DNA of 63,889 nt, the filler included. It is 3 parts of 3 records of this genome, joined end to end, with 100 filler letters (N's around TTAATTAATTAA, not from the genome) between each part and the next. Parts side by side here need not be neighbours in the genome. Positions count along the whole stretch, not along the records: positions 44,614 to 63,889 come from SRR31156797_2254; 2 more parts are not named here. One strand, given 5' to 3'. The stretch's first letter is position 1. Each line of letters begins with the position of its first letter. The notes beneath the pieces were generated by a model. That model worked only from the letters and a program-made list of their open reading frames with translations. It made no database searches and had not been told where the DNA came from. Position numbers and translations under genes: made by a program. Below are positions 48,642 through 57,390 of this stretch, in pieces.

Positions 48642-49760
48642 ATGCATATCGAATTGGAACAAACAGGCAGTGTGCAAGCCCTTGGAGCAGTGCTGGCAAA
48701 AACAGCCGCCCGGGACGGAGTGAATGGAATAATTCTTTTCGCCTGTGATAGGAACGGTTTCAAACCGGAAAACGTGGACACCATCCTTAAAAACTGCCCT
48801 GTACCACTTATGGGAGGTATCTTTCCGGGTATAATCCACGAAAAAGAAACAATGGAAACCGGAACCATTGTGATCGGCCTTTCCCGAAAGCCGGGAGTAT
48901 CCATAATCAGAGGAATGAGCGATCCTGATACAGACTATCTACACCCCTTGAATGAAATTTTTAAAACCGATGATATTTCCGAAACCATCCTTGTCATCAC
49001 CGATGGCTTTGCCAGCCGCATTTCATCATTTATCAATGCCATGTTCATTAATATCGGGCTTGAACGGAACATCATCGGAGGGGGAACCGGATCACTCAGC
49101 CTAAAAAGACAACCCTGCATTTTTAGCAATGAAGGATTGCTGGAAGACGCGGCCATAGTCGGCCTTCTGGACACTCAAAGCACAGTGAATATCAGCCACG
49201 GTTGGCATACCATTAAAGGTCCTTTCAAGGTTACGGAAGCGGACCGCAATGTAATCAAAACCATCAACTGGATGCCTGCATTCAATATCTACAAGGAAGT
49301 AATCCGCGAACATTCAGGACAATACATCACCCCGGAGAACTTTTCTCGCATTGCCATGTCTTACCCCTTTGGAATTTCAAGAATGTGCAGTGATCCCATA
49401 GTCCGTGACCCGATGATGGTTGATGAGGCAGGGGCACTGACCTGCGTAGGCGAAATAATGGAAGGGGCCTTTGTGAATATCCTACACGGCAACCCGCAAT
49501 CCCTGATAAAAGCTTCAGGTCAACTATCCACCTGCACACCGGGATTCAGCCTCGGCAACAACTCCACCGGGCTGGTTGTTGACTGTATTTCAAGGGCCTT
49601 ATTTCTCAAAGATAAGTTCAAACATGAACTGAATGCCCTGCACCTGCCAGACATTCCCCTGCTGGGTTTTCTCTCTTTCGGGGAAATAGCCACTCAGGAA
49701 AAACAGTCACTGGAATTTCTTAATAAGACTACTGTATTGGCCGTACTGGAGGAATTGTGA
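48642..49760 (+). CDS. FIST N/C domain sensory protein
   Basis: GGIFPGII, DG...IIGGG, SHGW, DCISR, GFLSFGEI. Confidence 0.9.
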   Translation: MHIELEQTGSVQALGAVLAKTAARDGVNGIILFACDRNGFKPENVDTILKNCPVPLMGGIFPGIIHEKETMETGTIVIGLSRKPGVSIIRGMSDPDTDYLHPLNEIFKTDDISETILVITDGFASRISSFINAMFINIGLERNIIGGGTGSLSLKRQPCIFSNEGLLEDAAIVGLLDTQSTVNISHGWHTIKGPFKVTEADRNVIKTINWMPAFNIYKEVIREHSGQYITPENFSRIAMSYPFGISRMCSDPIVRDPMMVDEAGALTCVGEIMEGAFVNILHGNPQSLIKASGQLSTCTPGFSLGNNSTGLVVDCISRALFLKDKFKHELNALHLPDIPLLGFLSFGEIATQEKQSLEFLNKTTVLAVLEEL

Positions 49761-50629
49761 GTATCAGAGTACAAGAACAACTTCTTTATGAAATAGCCAT
49801 GTCAATGGGTAAAAGCATGGACCTTGAAAGAATGCTCGCAACAGCCCTTTCGACCTACCTGCACCGTTTATGCTGCATGAGTGCAAGAATTTTTCTGCAA
49901 AAAGAAGGGGCACTGTCCTTCCACAAATCTTTTTCCATACCCCTCAGGGAAAAAAAGCAACCGGCTTTTGATGATTTCGCAGCAAAGATTTCAAACTTTG
50001 AAACAAAAGATCAAATCAAGAATCTTAAGGCAAGCCTGCCCATGCACACTTCCTTTGAGGGAGACCACTATTATCTCATGGATCTACCTGGGGCGGGATT
50101 CATGATGATCGGAAAAGGTCTCTCTCCACTGCCCCATTCCATGCTAAAATCATTACAAAAAATAAATATCAGATTGTCTGAATCAATTCTTTCCTGTCTG
50201 ACACATCGAAACAATGAAATCCTGAATATCAAATTACAGAATCAGATTAAGGAAAGGGAAAAAGCTGAACAGACTATCTTAGATGAAAGACAAAAATACA
50301 GGATAATATTTGATAATTCTCCCTTGGGCCTGATTTATTTCGATCACGAAGGAATTATCAGGGACTGCAACCCTAAATTTATGGAGCTGATGGGATCAAC
50401 AAGGGAAAAATTAATCGGCTTCAGTACTGCGGACAAAGGTACCCCGGAAATGCGGGAAGTTATGGATAAAGCTTTGAATGGAAAATCTGCCCTTTATGAA
50501 GGCAACTACATATCCGTAACTGGAAACAAGAAAATGTATATCAGGGCCGTCTTTAATCCTGTCTCACCAGACAATGCAGCTACTGAGGTGATAGCGACTG
50601 TGGAAAAACTGGGAGAATTCCGGGAATAG
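49757..50629 (+). CDS. PAS S-box protein without an output domain
   Basis: GTGA overlap with the FIST gene; coiled coil then KYRIIFDNSPLG...CNPKF.ELMG..REKLIG. Confidence 0.8.
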   Translation: MSIRVQEQLLYEIAMSMGKSMDLERMLATALSTYLHRLCCMSARIFLQKEGALSFHKSFSIPLREKKQPAFDDFAAKISNFETKDQIKNLKASLPMHTSFEGDHYYLMDLPGAGFMMIGKGLSPLPHSMLKSLQKINIRLSESILSCLTHRNNEILNIKLQNQIKEREKAEQTILDERQKYRIIFDNSPLGLIYFDHEGIIRDCNPKFMELMGSTREKLIGFSTADKGTPEMREVMDKALNGKSALYEGNYISVTGNKKMYIRAVFNPVSPDNAATEVIATVEKLGEFRE

Positions 50630-50633
50630 TCAG

Positions 50634-50993
50634 CTAGCGGACCAGCACATCCTCCACCTTGGATTCAAGCTCTTCTTTATCAATAGGCTTAACGCAATAT
50701 TCGTTGGCTCCGTGCTTCAATGATTCACGGGCTGTTTCAAGAGTCGGATAACCGGTAAGCATAATCACTTTCAGTGCGGGCATAAGTTTTTTCATCTCTT
50801 CCAGTACCTCGACCCCGGTCATCTTCTTGAGTTTAATATCAAGAATAGCCAATTCAACATCATTGTCGGATATAAAAGACAGGGCTTCCTCCTCCTCAGA
50901 AAAAACACTGACCGTATGCCCCTTACGTTCAAGTATGCGCTTGAGAAGTATTCCCGCGTCAACAACATCATCAAGAACAAGTATATGTGCCAT
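50634..50993 (-). CDS. Single-domain response regulator; start revised to MAHIL
   Basis: ILVLDD, LDIKL, MLTG, KP; SD AAGGAG upstream. Confidence 0.92.
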   Translation of the reverse strand: MAHILVLDDVVDAGILLKRILERKGHTVSVFSEEEEALSFISDNDVELAILDIKLKKMTGVEVLEEMKKLMPALKVIMLTGYPTLETARESLKHGANEYCVKPIDKEELESKVEDVLVR

Positions 50994-51414
50994 AACCAAA
51001 CTCCTTAAATTTCGCTGCCAAAGCATAATATCAAGATGGGTTTTAGTCGAGCACTCTGTTTTATGTCTTCTTTTGCTCCGATGCAGCACGAAGCAAATTT
51101 ACTTTCATTCATCAGCAGAATCATTTTTTCTGATCTTTTCTTCAATGCACCTACAATTTTCGAAACACAAAATTATTTATAATTAAATTTCATTTCGCTT
51201 AATTTTACATTCCAGATACCAATAATCACACTGCGACTACACTTATTAAGCCGCCCATTCAAAAATCTAGACACTGAATTTGATGGACAATAATCGAAAT
51301 GTATTCTATGCGGTATGCTCAATTGTGCGTTTAGCGCATTTTACATATAGTTTTTGCTGAATCAGTAAAATGGTTGCTGTTTCAGCTGGTTTTTTCTTAA
51401 GGAGTTCAAACAAC

Positions 51415-52923
51415 ATGCAAAAAAGAGAAACATGGGGTTCCCGTTCCGGCTTTATTCTTGCCGCCGTGGGCTCTGCAATCGGATTGGGTAACATCTGGCG
51501 TTTTCCCTACATGGTTTATGAAAACGGCGGTGGTGCATTCCTCATCCCCTATTTCGTAGCAATGCTTGCTGCGGGTATCCCATTCATGATCCTTGAATTC
51601 GGTCTCGGCCAGAAGTTCAAGGGTTCCGCGCCAAAGATTTTCTCATCCATTTCCAAAAAATGGGAATGGCTCGGCTGGTGGCAGGTAGTGGTATCATTCA
51701 TCATTGCCTCTTATTATGTTGTAGTTATCGCATGGGCGATGAACTACGTAGGCCTCGCCTTCACCCAAGGATGGGGAGACGCTCCCAAGGACTTCTTCTT
51801 CGGAAGCTTCCTCGGTCTGACCGACTCCCCCATGAACATGGGTAGCGTGCAGGGCTCCATCTTCCTGGCAACCGCCGCAGCTTGGGCATTTACTTTCGTT
51901 GCCCTGTTTACCGGAGTTAAAGCCGGTATTGAAAGGGTCAACAAGATTTTCATGCCCCTTCTCTTCCTGCTTGTGTTTATCTTCATCGGCAGGGGGCTCA
52001 TGCTCCCCGGAGCCATGGACGGAATCAACTGGCTCTTCAAGCCTGATTTTTCCGCCATCATGGACGGCAAAGTCTGGGCTGACGCATTCGGCCAGATCTT
52101 CTTCAGCCTCTCCATCGGGTTTGGTATCATGCTCTCTTACTCCAGCTACCTGCCCAAAGAGTCCGACATCAACAACAATGCCTGCATGACTGTTTTCATC
52201 AACTGCGGATTCAGCATAATCTCCGGTATCATGATCTTCAGCGTGCTCGGCTACATGGCCCAGCAGCAGGGTGTTCCCATCAGCGAAGTTGCAGGTGCAG
52301 GTGTTGGCCTTGCCTTCGTTACCCTGCCCACAGCAATTAACCTGATGCCCGCACCGGCCTTCTTCGGCGTGCTCTTCTTCATGGCTCTTACTGTTGCAGG
52401 CCTTTCTTCCATGATCTCCATCAACGAAGTTGTGGCTTCTTCCGTCATAGATAAATTCGGTGTTTCCCGTAAGAAAGCCGTTACCGTCTGCTGCACTCTC
52501 GGTTTCCTGGTCAGTTTGGTCTTTACCACCGGTGGCGGCCTGTTGCTGCTCGATATTGTTGACCACTTTGTCAACAACTTCGGTATCCTCATCGGCGGAT
52601 TCCTTGAAATCATTTTTGTAGCATGGTTCTGCAACCTTGATGAAATGCGCGTTCACGTTAACAAAACCTCTGAATTCACTGTCGGCTCTCTGTGGCTGAA
52701 CAGCCTGCGCTTTATCGTTCCGGCAATGCTCGGTTTCATGATCGCGACCAACTTCATCGGTGACATCTCCAAGAACTACGGTGGATACTCTAACACTGCC
52801 ATCATTGCATTCGGCTGGGCATCCCTTGCTCTCTGTCTCGCAGTGGGATTTGCTCTTTCCAGTCAGGATCGTGCATTCGCATCAGTATCTTCCACCAACA
52901 GCAGCTTCCTTAAAAGGAGATAA
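51415..52923 (+). CDS. Sodium-dependent NSS (SNF) family transporter; start revised to MQKRE
   Basis: RETWGSRSGFILAAVGSAIGLGNIWRFPY, QIFFSLS; SD AAGGAG. Confidence 0.96.
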   Translation: MQKRETWGSRSGFILAAVGSAIGLGNIWRFPYMVYENGGGAFLIPYFVAMLAAGIPFMILEFGLGQKFKGSAPKIFSSISKKWEWLGWWQVVVSFIIASYYVVVIAWAMNYVGLAFTQGWGDAPKDFFFGSFLGLTDSPMNMGSVQGSIFLATAAAWAFTFVALFTGVKAGIERVNKIFMPLLFLLVFIFIGRGLMLPGAMDGINWLFKPDFSAIMDGKVWADAFGQIFFSLSIGFGIMLSYSSYLPKESDINNNACMTVFINCGFSIISGIMIFSVLGYMAQQQGVPISEVAGAGVGLAFVTLPTAINLMPAPAFFGVLFFMALTVAGLSSMISINEVVASSVIDKFGVSRKKAVTVCCTLGFLVSLVFTTGGGLLLLDIVDHFVNNFGILIGGFLEIIFVAWFCNLDEMRVHVNKTSEFTVGSLWLNSLRFIVPAMLGFMIATNFIGDISKNYGGYSNTAIIAFGWASLALCLAVGFALSSQDRAFASVSSTNSSFLKRR

Positions 52924-52926
52924 ACT

Positions 52927-53022
52927 ATGACTACCAGCGCAATCATCATGATGATCTTCGGCCTCGGTATCACCTGGGGTGGAGCAATCACCTGCTTCCG
53001 CATTGCTTTTAAAAACAAATAG
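52927..53022 (+). CDS. MetS-family NSS transporter small subunit (31 aa)
   Basis: MTTSAIIMMIFGLGITWGGAITCFRIAFKNK, 3 nt after the NSS stop, SD AAGGAG; below the ORF-track cutoff. Confidence 0.85.
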   Translation: MTTSAIIMMIFGLGITWGGAITCFRIAFKNK

Positions 53023-53045
53023 CGATTCGGACAGAACATAAAATC

Positions 53046-53088
53046 AAAGAAAGGGTGCACTTCTCAGGAAGTGCACCCTTTCTTCTTT
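53046..53088. terminator. Bidirectional terminator
   Basis: 17-bp stem AAGAAAGGGTGCACTTC/GAAGTGCACCCTTTCTT. Confidence 0.85.
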
Positions 53089-53089
53089 A

Positions 53090-53200
53090 AGGAAAGGATA
53101 GGCGGTGCCGAACGGTTTAGCGAGGGAGGAGAACGGCACCGCCAAGGGGTTGGACTGCAAAATAACCAAAAGTATTTCAGACCAAATCAGGGGTGTGATT
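53090..53200 (-). ncRNA. Candidate small RNA
   Basis: 10-bp GC stem (53101-53110/53134-53143) with a CUCCUCCCUC loop, a second hairpin near 53151-53184, and two ACCCCU motifs. Confidence 0.4.
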
Positions 53201-53396
53201 ATTGACAGAATATAACAATGCAGATTTAAATCAAGTACTATTTGAAATTAGCCCTGCTTCTGCAAAGGATTTTCCAGGACAGAACTTCAAACAAGAGGAC
53301 CAGCCTTCTGATCAGACAAAAAGATGATCCGCTTTCCGGAACAATCGTGCTATAGAAAATCATTCATGAAATAAATATTTAACGGAGATAATAGAA

Positions 53397-53906
53397 ATGG
53401 ATGTATTTGAAGCGATCTACTCCCGCAGAAGCGTCAGAAAATACGAAGATAAACCTGTATCCGAAGAAGACATCAAAGAAATCCTCAGTGCAGCCATGAT
53501 GGCCCCCAGCGCCGGCAATGCCCAGCCTTGGCAATTCATTGTTGTGGATGACCGTGAAAAACTCGAAAAAGTATCAGCCATTAACCAATATGCAGCTATG
53601 GCTAAAAACGCTCCTCTGGGAATTATGGTTTGCGGAGATTTAAGCCTTGAGAAATATCCCGGATACTGGGTACAGGACTGCTCTGCTGCCATCCAGAACC
53701 TGCTGCTGGCAAGCCATGCCAAAGGACTCGGCGCAGTATGGACCGGTGTCTATCCTGATGATGAAAGAGTCCCGAATTTCAAGAAACTGTTTAACCTGCC
53801 CGAACAGGTCCTTCCGCTGGGCTTCATAGTTATCGGCTGGTCAAAGCAGGAACCAAAGAAAAAAGATCGCTACAAAGAAGAAAGGGTTCGCCGCAACAGC
53901 TGGTAG
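53397..53906 (+). CDS. Nitroreductase family protein
   Basis: SRRSVRKY, APSAGNAQPWQF, QNLLLA...GLGAVW. Confidence 0.95.
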   Translation: MDVFEAIYSRRSVRKYEDKPVSEEDIKEILSAAMMAPSAGNAQPWQFIVVDDREKLEKVSAINQYAAMAKNAPLGIMVCGDLSLEKYPGYWVQDCSAAIQNLLLASHAKGLGAVWTGVYPDDERVPNFKKLFNLPEQVLPLGFIVIGWSKQEPKKKDRYKEERVRRNSW

Positions 53907-53929
53907 GATTCTTTTTAGATATGTTATCT

Positions 53930-53970
53930 AAAACCCCGGCGCCTCTACTTGTTTGAGGCACCGGGGTTTT
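53930..53970. terminator. Bidirectional terminator
   Basis: AAAACCCCGGCGCCTC/GAGGCACCGGGGTTTT. Confidence 0.75.
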
Positions 53971-53990
53971 GTTACTTAATAAGTCTGCGG

Positions 53991-54692
53991 TCAATTACTC
54001 TTGTCGCTCATCCATCCCAGCACCTGCTCCCACATAGTTTCTGCAAGCCTTGCATCAAAACCTTCATCATCAGGATTGGCAAAGCCGTGTTGCGCATTAT
54101 CCAGCCGGGTCAATTCATAATCCACCTTTGCGCAATCCATTTCTTCTTCAAACATCAGCAAATGCTCTGCGGGAACCACTGGATCATTATTTACATGAAT
54201 GGACAGCAGTGGACATTTAATTTCCCCAGAGGAAACTTGGTGACTTGTATCAAGATAACCGTACACTGAAACAGCACCTTTCAATTCAGCCCCAGTTCGG
54301 GCCAGCTCCAATGCCGCACCTCCGCCGAATGAAAAACCCAGTACATAAATACGGAAAAAATCAACATCGTGCTGATCACGTAGAACTGCAAGGCAGGCCT
54401 TGGCCCGTTCACGCATGAGTAGACGGTCATTACGATAGATGCGGTGGGTGCTGCGCGCTTCATCTATATTAGAAGGACGGTTATGAATTCCGTAAAAATC
54501 TGCGGCAAGCACAGCATAACCAGCTGCGGCAAGCCGCTCTGCATGGCTGACAGTTACTTTATTCAGACCAGTATATTCATGGAAAAGCAGAACAGCCGGA
54601 AACGGACCTTCGCCATCAGGCAGCAGCAGAAGGCTTTCAAGTTCAATATCACAATGAATGTGATTAATTTTACACGGCTCCGGCATAAACAA
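53991..54692 (-). CDS. Dienelactone hydrolase family protein
   Basis: PAVLLFHEYTG, LAAAGYAVLAADFYG, GFSFGG, DPVVP, HGF; the ATG at 54686 may be the true start. Confidence 0.88.
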   Translation of the reverse strand: MFMPEPCKINHIHCDIELESLLLLPDGEGPFPAVLLFHEYTGLNKVTVSHAERLAAAGYAVLAADFYGIHNRPSNIDEARSTHRIYRNDRLLMRERAKACLAVLRDQHDVDFFRIYVLGFSFGGGAALELARTGAELKGAVSVYGYLDTSHQVSSGEIKCPLLSIHVNNDPVVPAEHLLMFEEEMDCAKVDYELTRLDNAQHGFANPDDEGFDARLAETMWEQVLGWMSDKSN

Positions 54693-55643
54693 TTAATCCT
54701 TATCCCCAAACTTTTCTTTAAGTCTGATCATGGAACTGCAAAGCCCACCAGTCTCTTCACAATCGTAGGAGGCTACATCTTCTTTGGGTTCCACATGAAT
54801 GGTCACATGGCAATTCTTCAACTCTGACTTAATACAGTCTTCGATCTCCGTACATAAACTATGGGAATCGGTGATGGTTAAATCTCCGGGCAGAAGCAAA
54901 TGAAAATCAACAAAGCGATGCGATCCGGCCTTTCGGGTCCGCAAACCGTGATAGAGCACATCCTCACCACTACAGCTGCGGATAGAGGAATCAATAACCA
55001 TCAATTCATCGTGTGGCAGTGAATTATCCATCAATCCGGAGTAGGACTTCTTGATCAAGTAAAATCCGGTAAAAACAATATTCCCGGCCATAATTATGGC
55101 AATGACCGGATCAATGAATGACCATGAAGGCGGGGTGAAGAGCATTACACCCAGACCGGCTACCAAGCCCACTGAAGTCCAGACATCGGTCAGTAAATGC
55201 TTTGCGTCCGCCTCAAGAATAATGGAATCATGGACTTTCGCACCCTTAAGCATAATCTTGGCTGTCACATAATTCACTACAGACGAAAGCAGCGCTATGC
55301 CCAGACCGATACCCAGATTCTGAGGAACAGAAGGACTCAAGAATCTTTCTATGGAAGCATACACAATCCCTACCGCAGCAATCAGAATAAGCATTCCTTC
55401 TGCCCCGCTGGAAAAGTACTCCGCTTTTCCATGTCCGTAAGCATGCCGTTCATCAGCAGGTTTCAAAGCCAAGGTCAGGGTGGCCAATGCGAAAAGAGCA
55501 GCCGAAAGGTTAACCAGAGTTTCCAATGCATCAGAGAGCAGCCCTACGGAATCTGTAACGTACCAAGCCCATGCCTTAAGGACCATGGTAATAATCGAAG
55601 CCGCAATTGAATAGTAAATGTACTTCTGAGGGGATTCAGCCAT
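54693..55643 (-). CDS. Cation diffusion facilitator transporter
   Basis: LLSDALE, PADERHAYGHGKAE, DAKHLLTD, TIHVEP. Confidence 0.95.
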   Translation of the reverse strand: MAESPQKYIYYSIAASIITMVLKAWAWYVTDSVGLLSDALETLVNLSAALFALATLTLALKPADERHAYGHGKAEYFSSGAEGMLILIAAVGIVYASIERFLSPSVPQNLGIGLGIALLSSVVNYVTAKIMLKGAKVHDSIILEADAKHLLTDVWTSVGLVAGLGVMLFTPPSWSFIDPVIAIIMAGNIVFTGFYLIKKSYSGLMDNSLPHDELMVIDSSIRSCSGEDVLYHGLRTRKAGSHRFVDFHLLLPGDLTITDSHSLCTEIEDCIKSELKNCHVTIHVEPKEDVASYDCEETGGLCSSMIRLKEKFGDKD

Positions 55644-56048
55644 GCTTTTATCCTGTTTTCAATTTAGGTCTAAAAAAAAGTTACATAGTGGTCATCAGTA
55701 CAACAATCAATCATCGTTTTTACGTTTTTAGTAAAATTTTAGCCAAATATTTTGCGATAAGAAATATTCCAAGCGGATATTAACGGATTATTTTATTACA
55801 AAACACATTATTGACTGAATATTCATTCAGTACTTTATTCAAAATCAGGCACTATACAATAGTAACCTAATGTTGTGCAACTATCTATGCTTGTGTTTTG
55901 CTTATTGAATTTTTGCTCAATACGAAAAAAAACAGGGCCTGAATTAACTATTGGCTTATTTGACACAAAGATGTTGACAAGAATCTCAACATCTACCTAT
56001 GACCAAAGCCGTCTAGCATAATATTTTTCAAAAACACGGGGGATAAAA

Positions 56049-57290
56049 ATGACTCAATCATCCAACATCTTTAAACGCATTGCATCCGGCAGTCTGGTAG
56101 TACAGATCATGGTCGGTATTGCAGCAGGTATCGCTCTGGCAACCGCTGCTCCTGAAGCAGCAAAATCCGTAGGACTTCTGGGAAGCCTCTTTGTTAAAGG
56201 CCTCAAGGCAGTTGCTCCTATTCTGGTTTTCGTAATTGTTGCGGCATCCATCGCAAACCAGAAAAAAGGCGCACACACAAACATGCGCTCCATTATTTCT
56301 CTTTACCTTGTGGGTACCTTCATGGCTGCACTTGTTGCTGTTACCATGAGCTTCCTTATGCCCACCACCCTTACTCTTGTTGCTACCGACACCGCAGCCA
56401 CCCCTCCCGGCGGCATTGCAGAAGTTCTGAACACCCTGCTCTTTAAGATTGTGGATAACCCGGTCACCGCCCTCTACAATGGTAACTTTATCGGAATTCT
56501 TGCCTGGGCTCTCGCTCTCGGCTTCTTTTTCCAGCACGCAAGCGATGCAACCAAGCAGGTTCTTACCGACCTCTCCGACGGCGTATCCAAAATCGTTAAG
56601 CTTGTTATCCGCTTTGCTCCCCTTGGTATTTTTGGTCTCGTATCCAACACCATTGCTAACACCGGCTTTTCCGCACTGGCAGGCTACAGCCACCTGATCA
56701 TGGTTCTGCTCATCTCCATGGGTACCATGGCTCTGGTAATCAACCCTGCGATTGTATGGTTCAAAACCAAACGCAATCCCTATCCCCTTGTTTTCACCTG
56801 CCTGCGTGAAAGTGGTATCACTGCATTCTTTACCCGCAGCTCCGCAGCGAACATTCCTGTGAACATGGAACTGTGTAAGAAACTCGACCTGCATGAAGAC
56901 ACTTACTCCGTATCCATCCCCCTCGGTGCTACCGTAAACATGGGCGGCGCAGCCATCACCATCACCGTAATGACCCTTGCTGCAGTACACACCCTCGGTA
57001 TTCAGGTCGATATTGCAACCGCACTGCTGCTCAGCCTCATCGCTTCCGTATCCGCATGCGGTGCTTCCGGTGTTGCCGGCGGCTCCCTGCTGCTGATCCC
57101 CCTGGCATGCTCCCTCTTCGGTGTTCCCAACGAAATCTCCATGCAGGTTGTTGCTGCAGGTTTCATCGTTGGTGTAATTCAGGACTCCGCTGAGACCGCA
57201 TTGAACAGCTCCACCGACGTAATCTTCACCGCTGCAGCCGACATCGCAGCGAAACGCGGCGAAGTTGCAGCTGAAACTGTAAAAGCATAA
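56049..57290 (+). CDS. sstT: Serine/threonine:Na+ symporter
   Basis: [48 protein letters not shown]. Confidence 0.96.
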   Translation: MTQSSNIFKRIASGSLVVQIMVGIAAGIALATAAPEAAKSVGLLGSLFVKGLKAVAPILVFVIVAASIANQKKGAHTNMRSIISLYLVGTFMAALVAVTMSFLMPTTLTLVATDTAATPPGGIAEVLNTLLFKIVDNPVTALYNGNFIGILAWALALGFFFQHASDATKQVLTDLSDGVSKIVKLVIRFAPLGIFGLVSNTIANTGFSALAGYSHLIMVLLISMGTMALVINPAIVWFKTKRNPYPLVFTCLRESGITAFFTRSSAANIPVNMELCKKLDLHEDTYSVSIPLGATVNMGGAAITITVMTLAAVHTLGIQVDIATALLLSLIASVSACGASGVAGGSLLLIPLACSLFGVPNEISMQVVAAGFIVGVIQDSAETALNSSTDVIFTAAADIAAKRGEVAAETVKA

Positions 57291-57317
57291 CTCACGCTTT
57301 ACAGATCAAGCCTATTC

Positions 57318-57351
57318 AAGGGCTGCACGTGAAAACGTGCAGCCCTTTTTT
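57318..57351 (+). terminator. sstT terminator
   Basis: AAGGGCTGCACGT-GAAA-ACGTGCAGCCCTT plus T-run. Confidence 0.85.
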
Positions 57352-57390
57352 CTTGACGAATTTTGATTACAATATGACTCTGTTCACCTG

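Noticed and set aside
51694-52656. Long antisense ORFs (also 56058-56990, 62493-63233 and many short ones)
   Set aside because: Shadows of well-supported genes on the opposite strand or frame, with no motifs of their own
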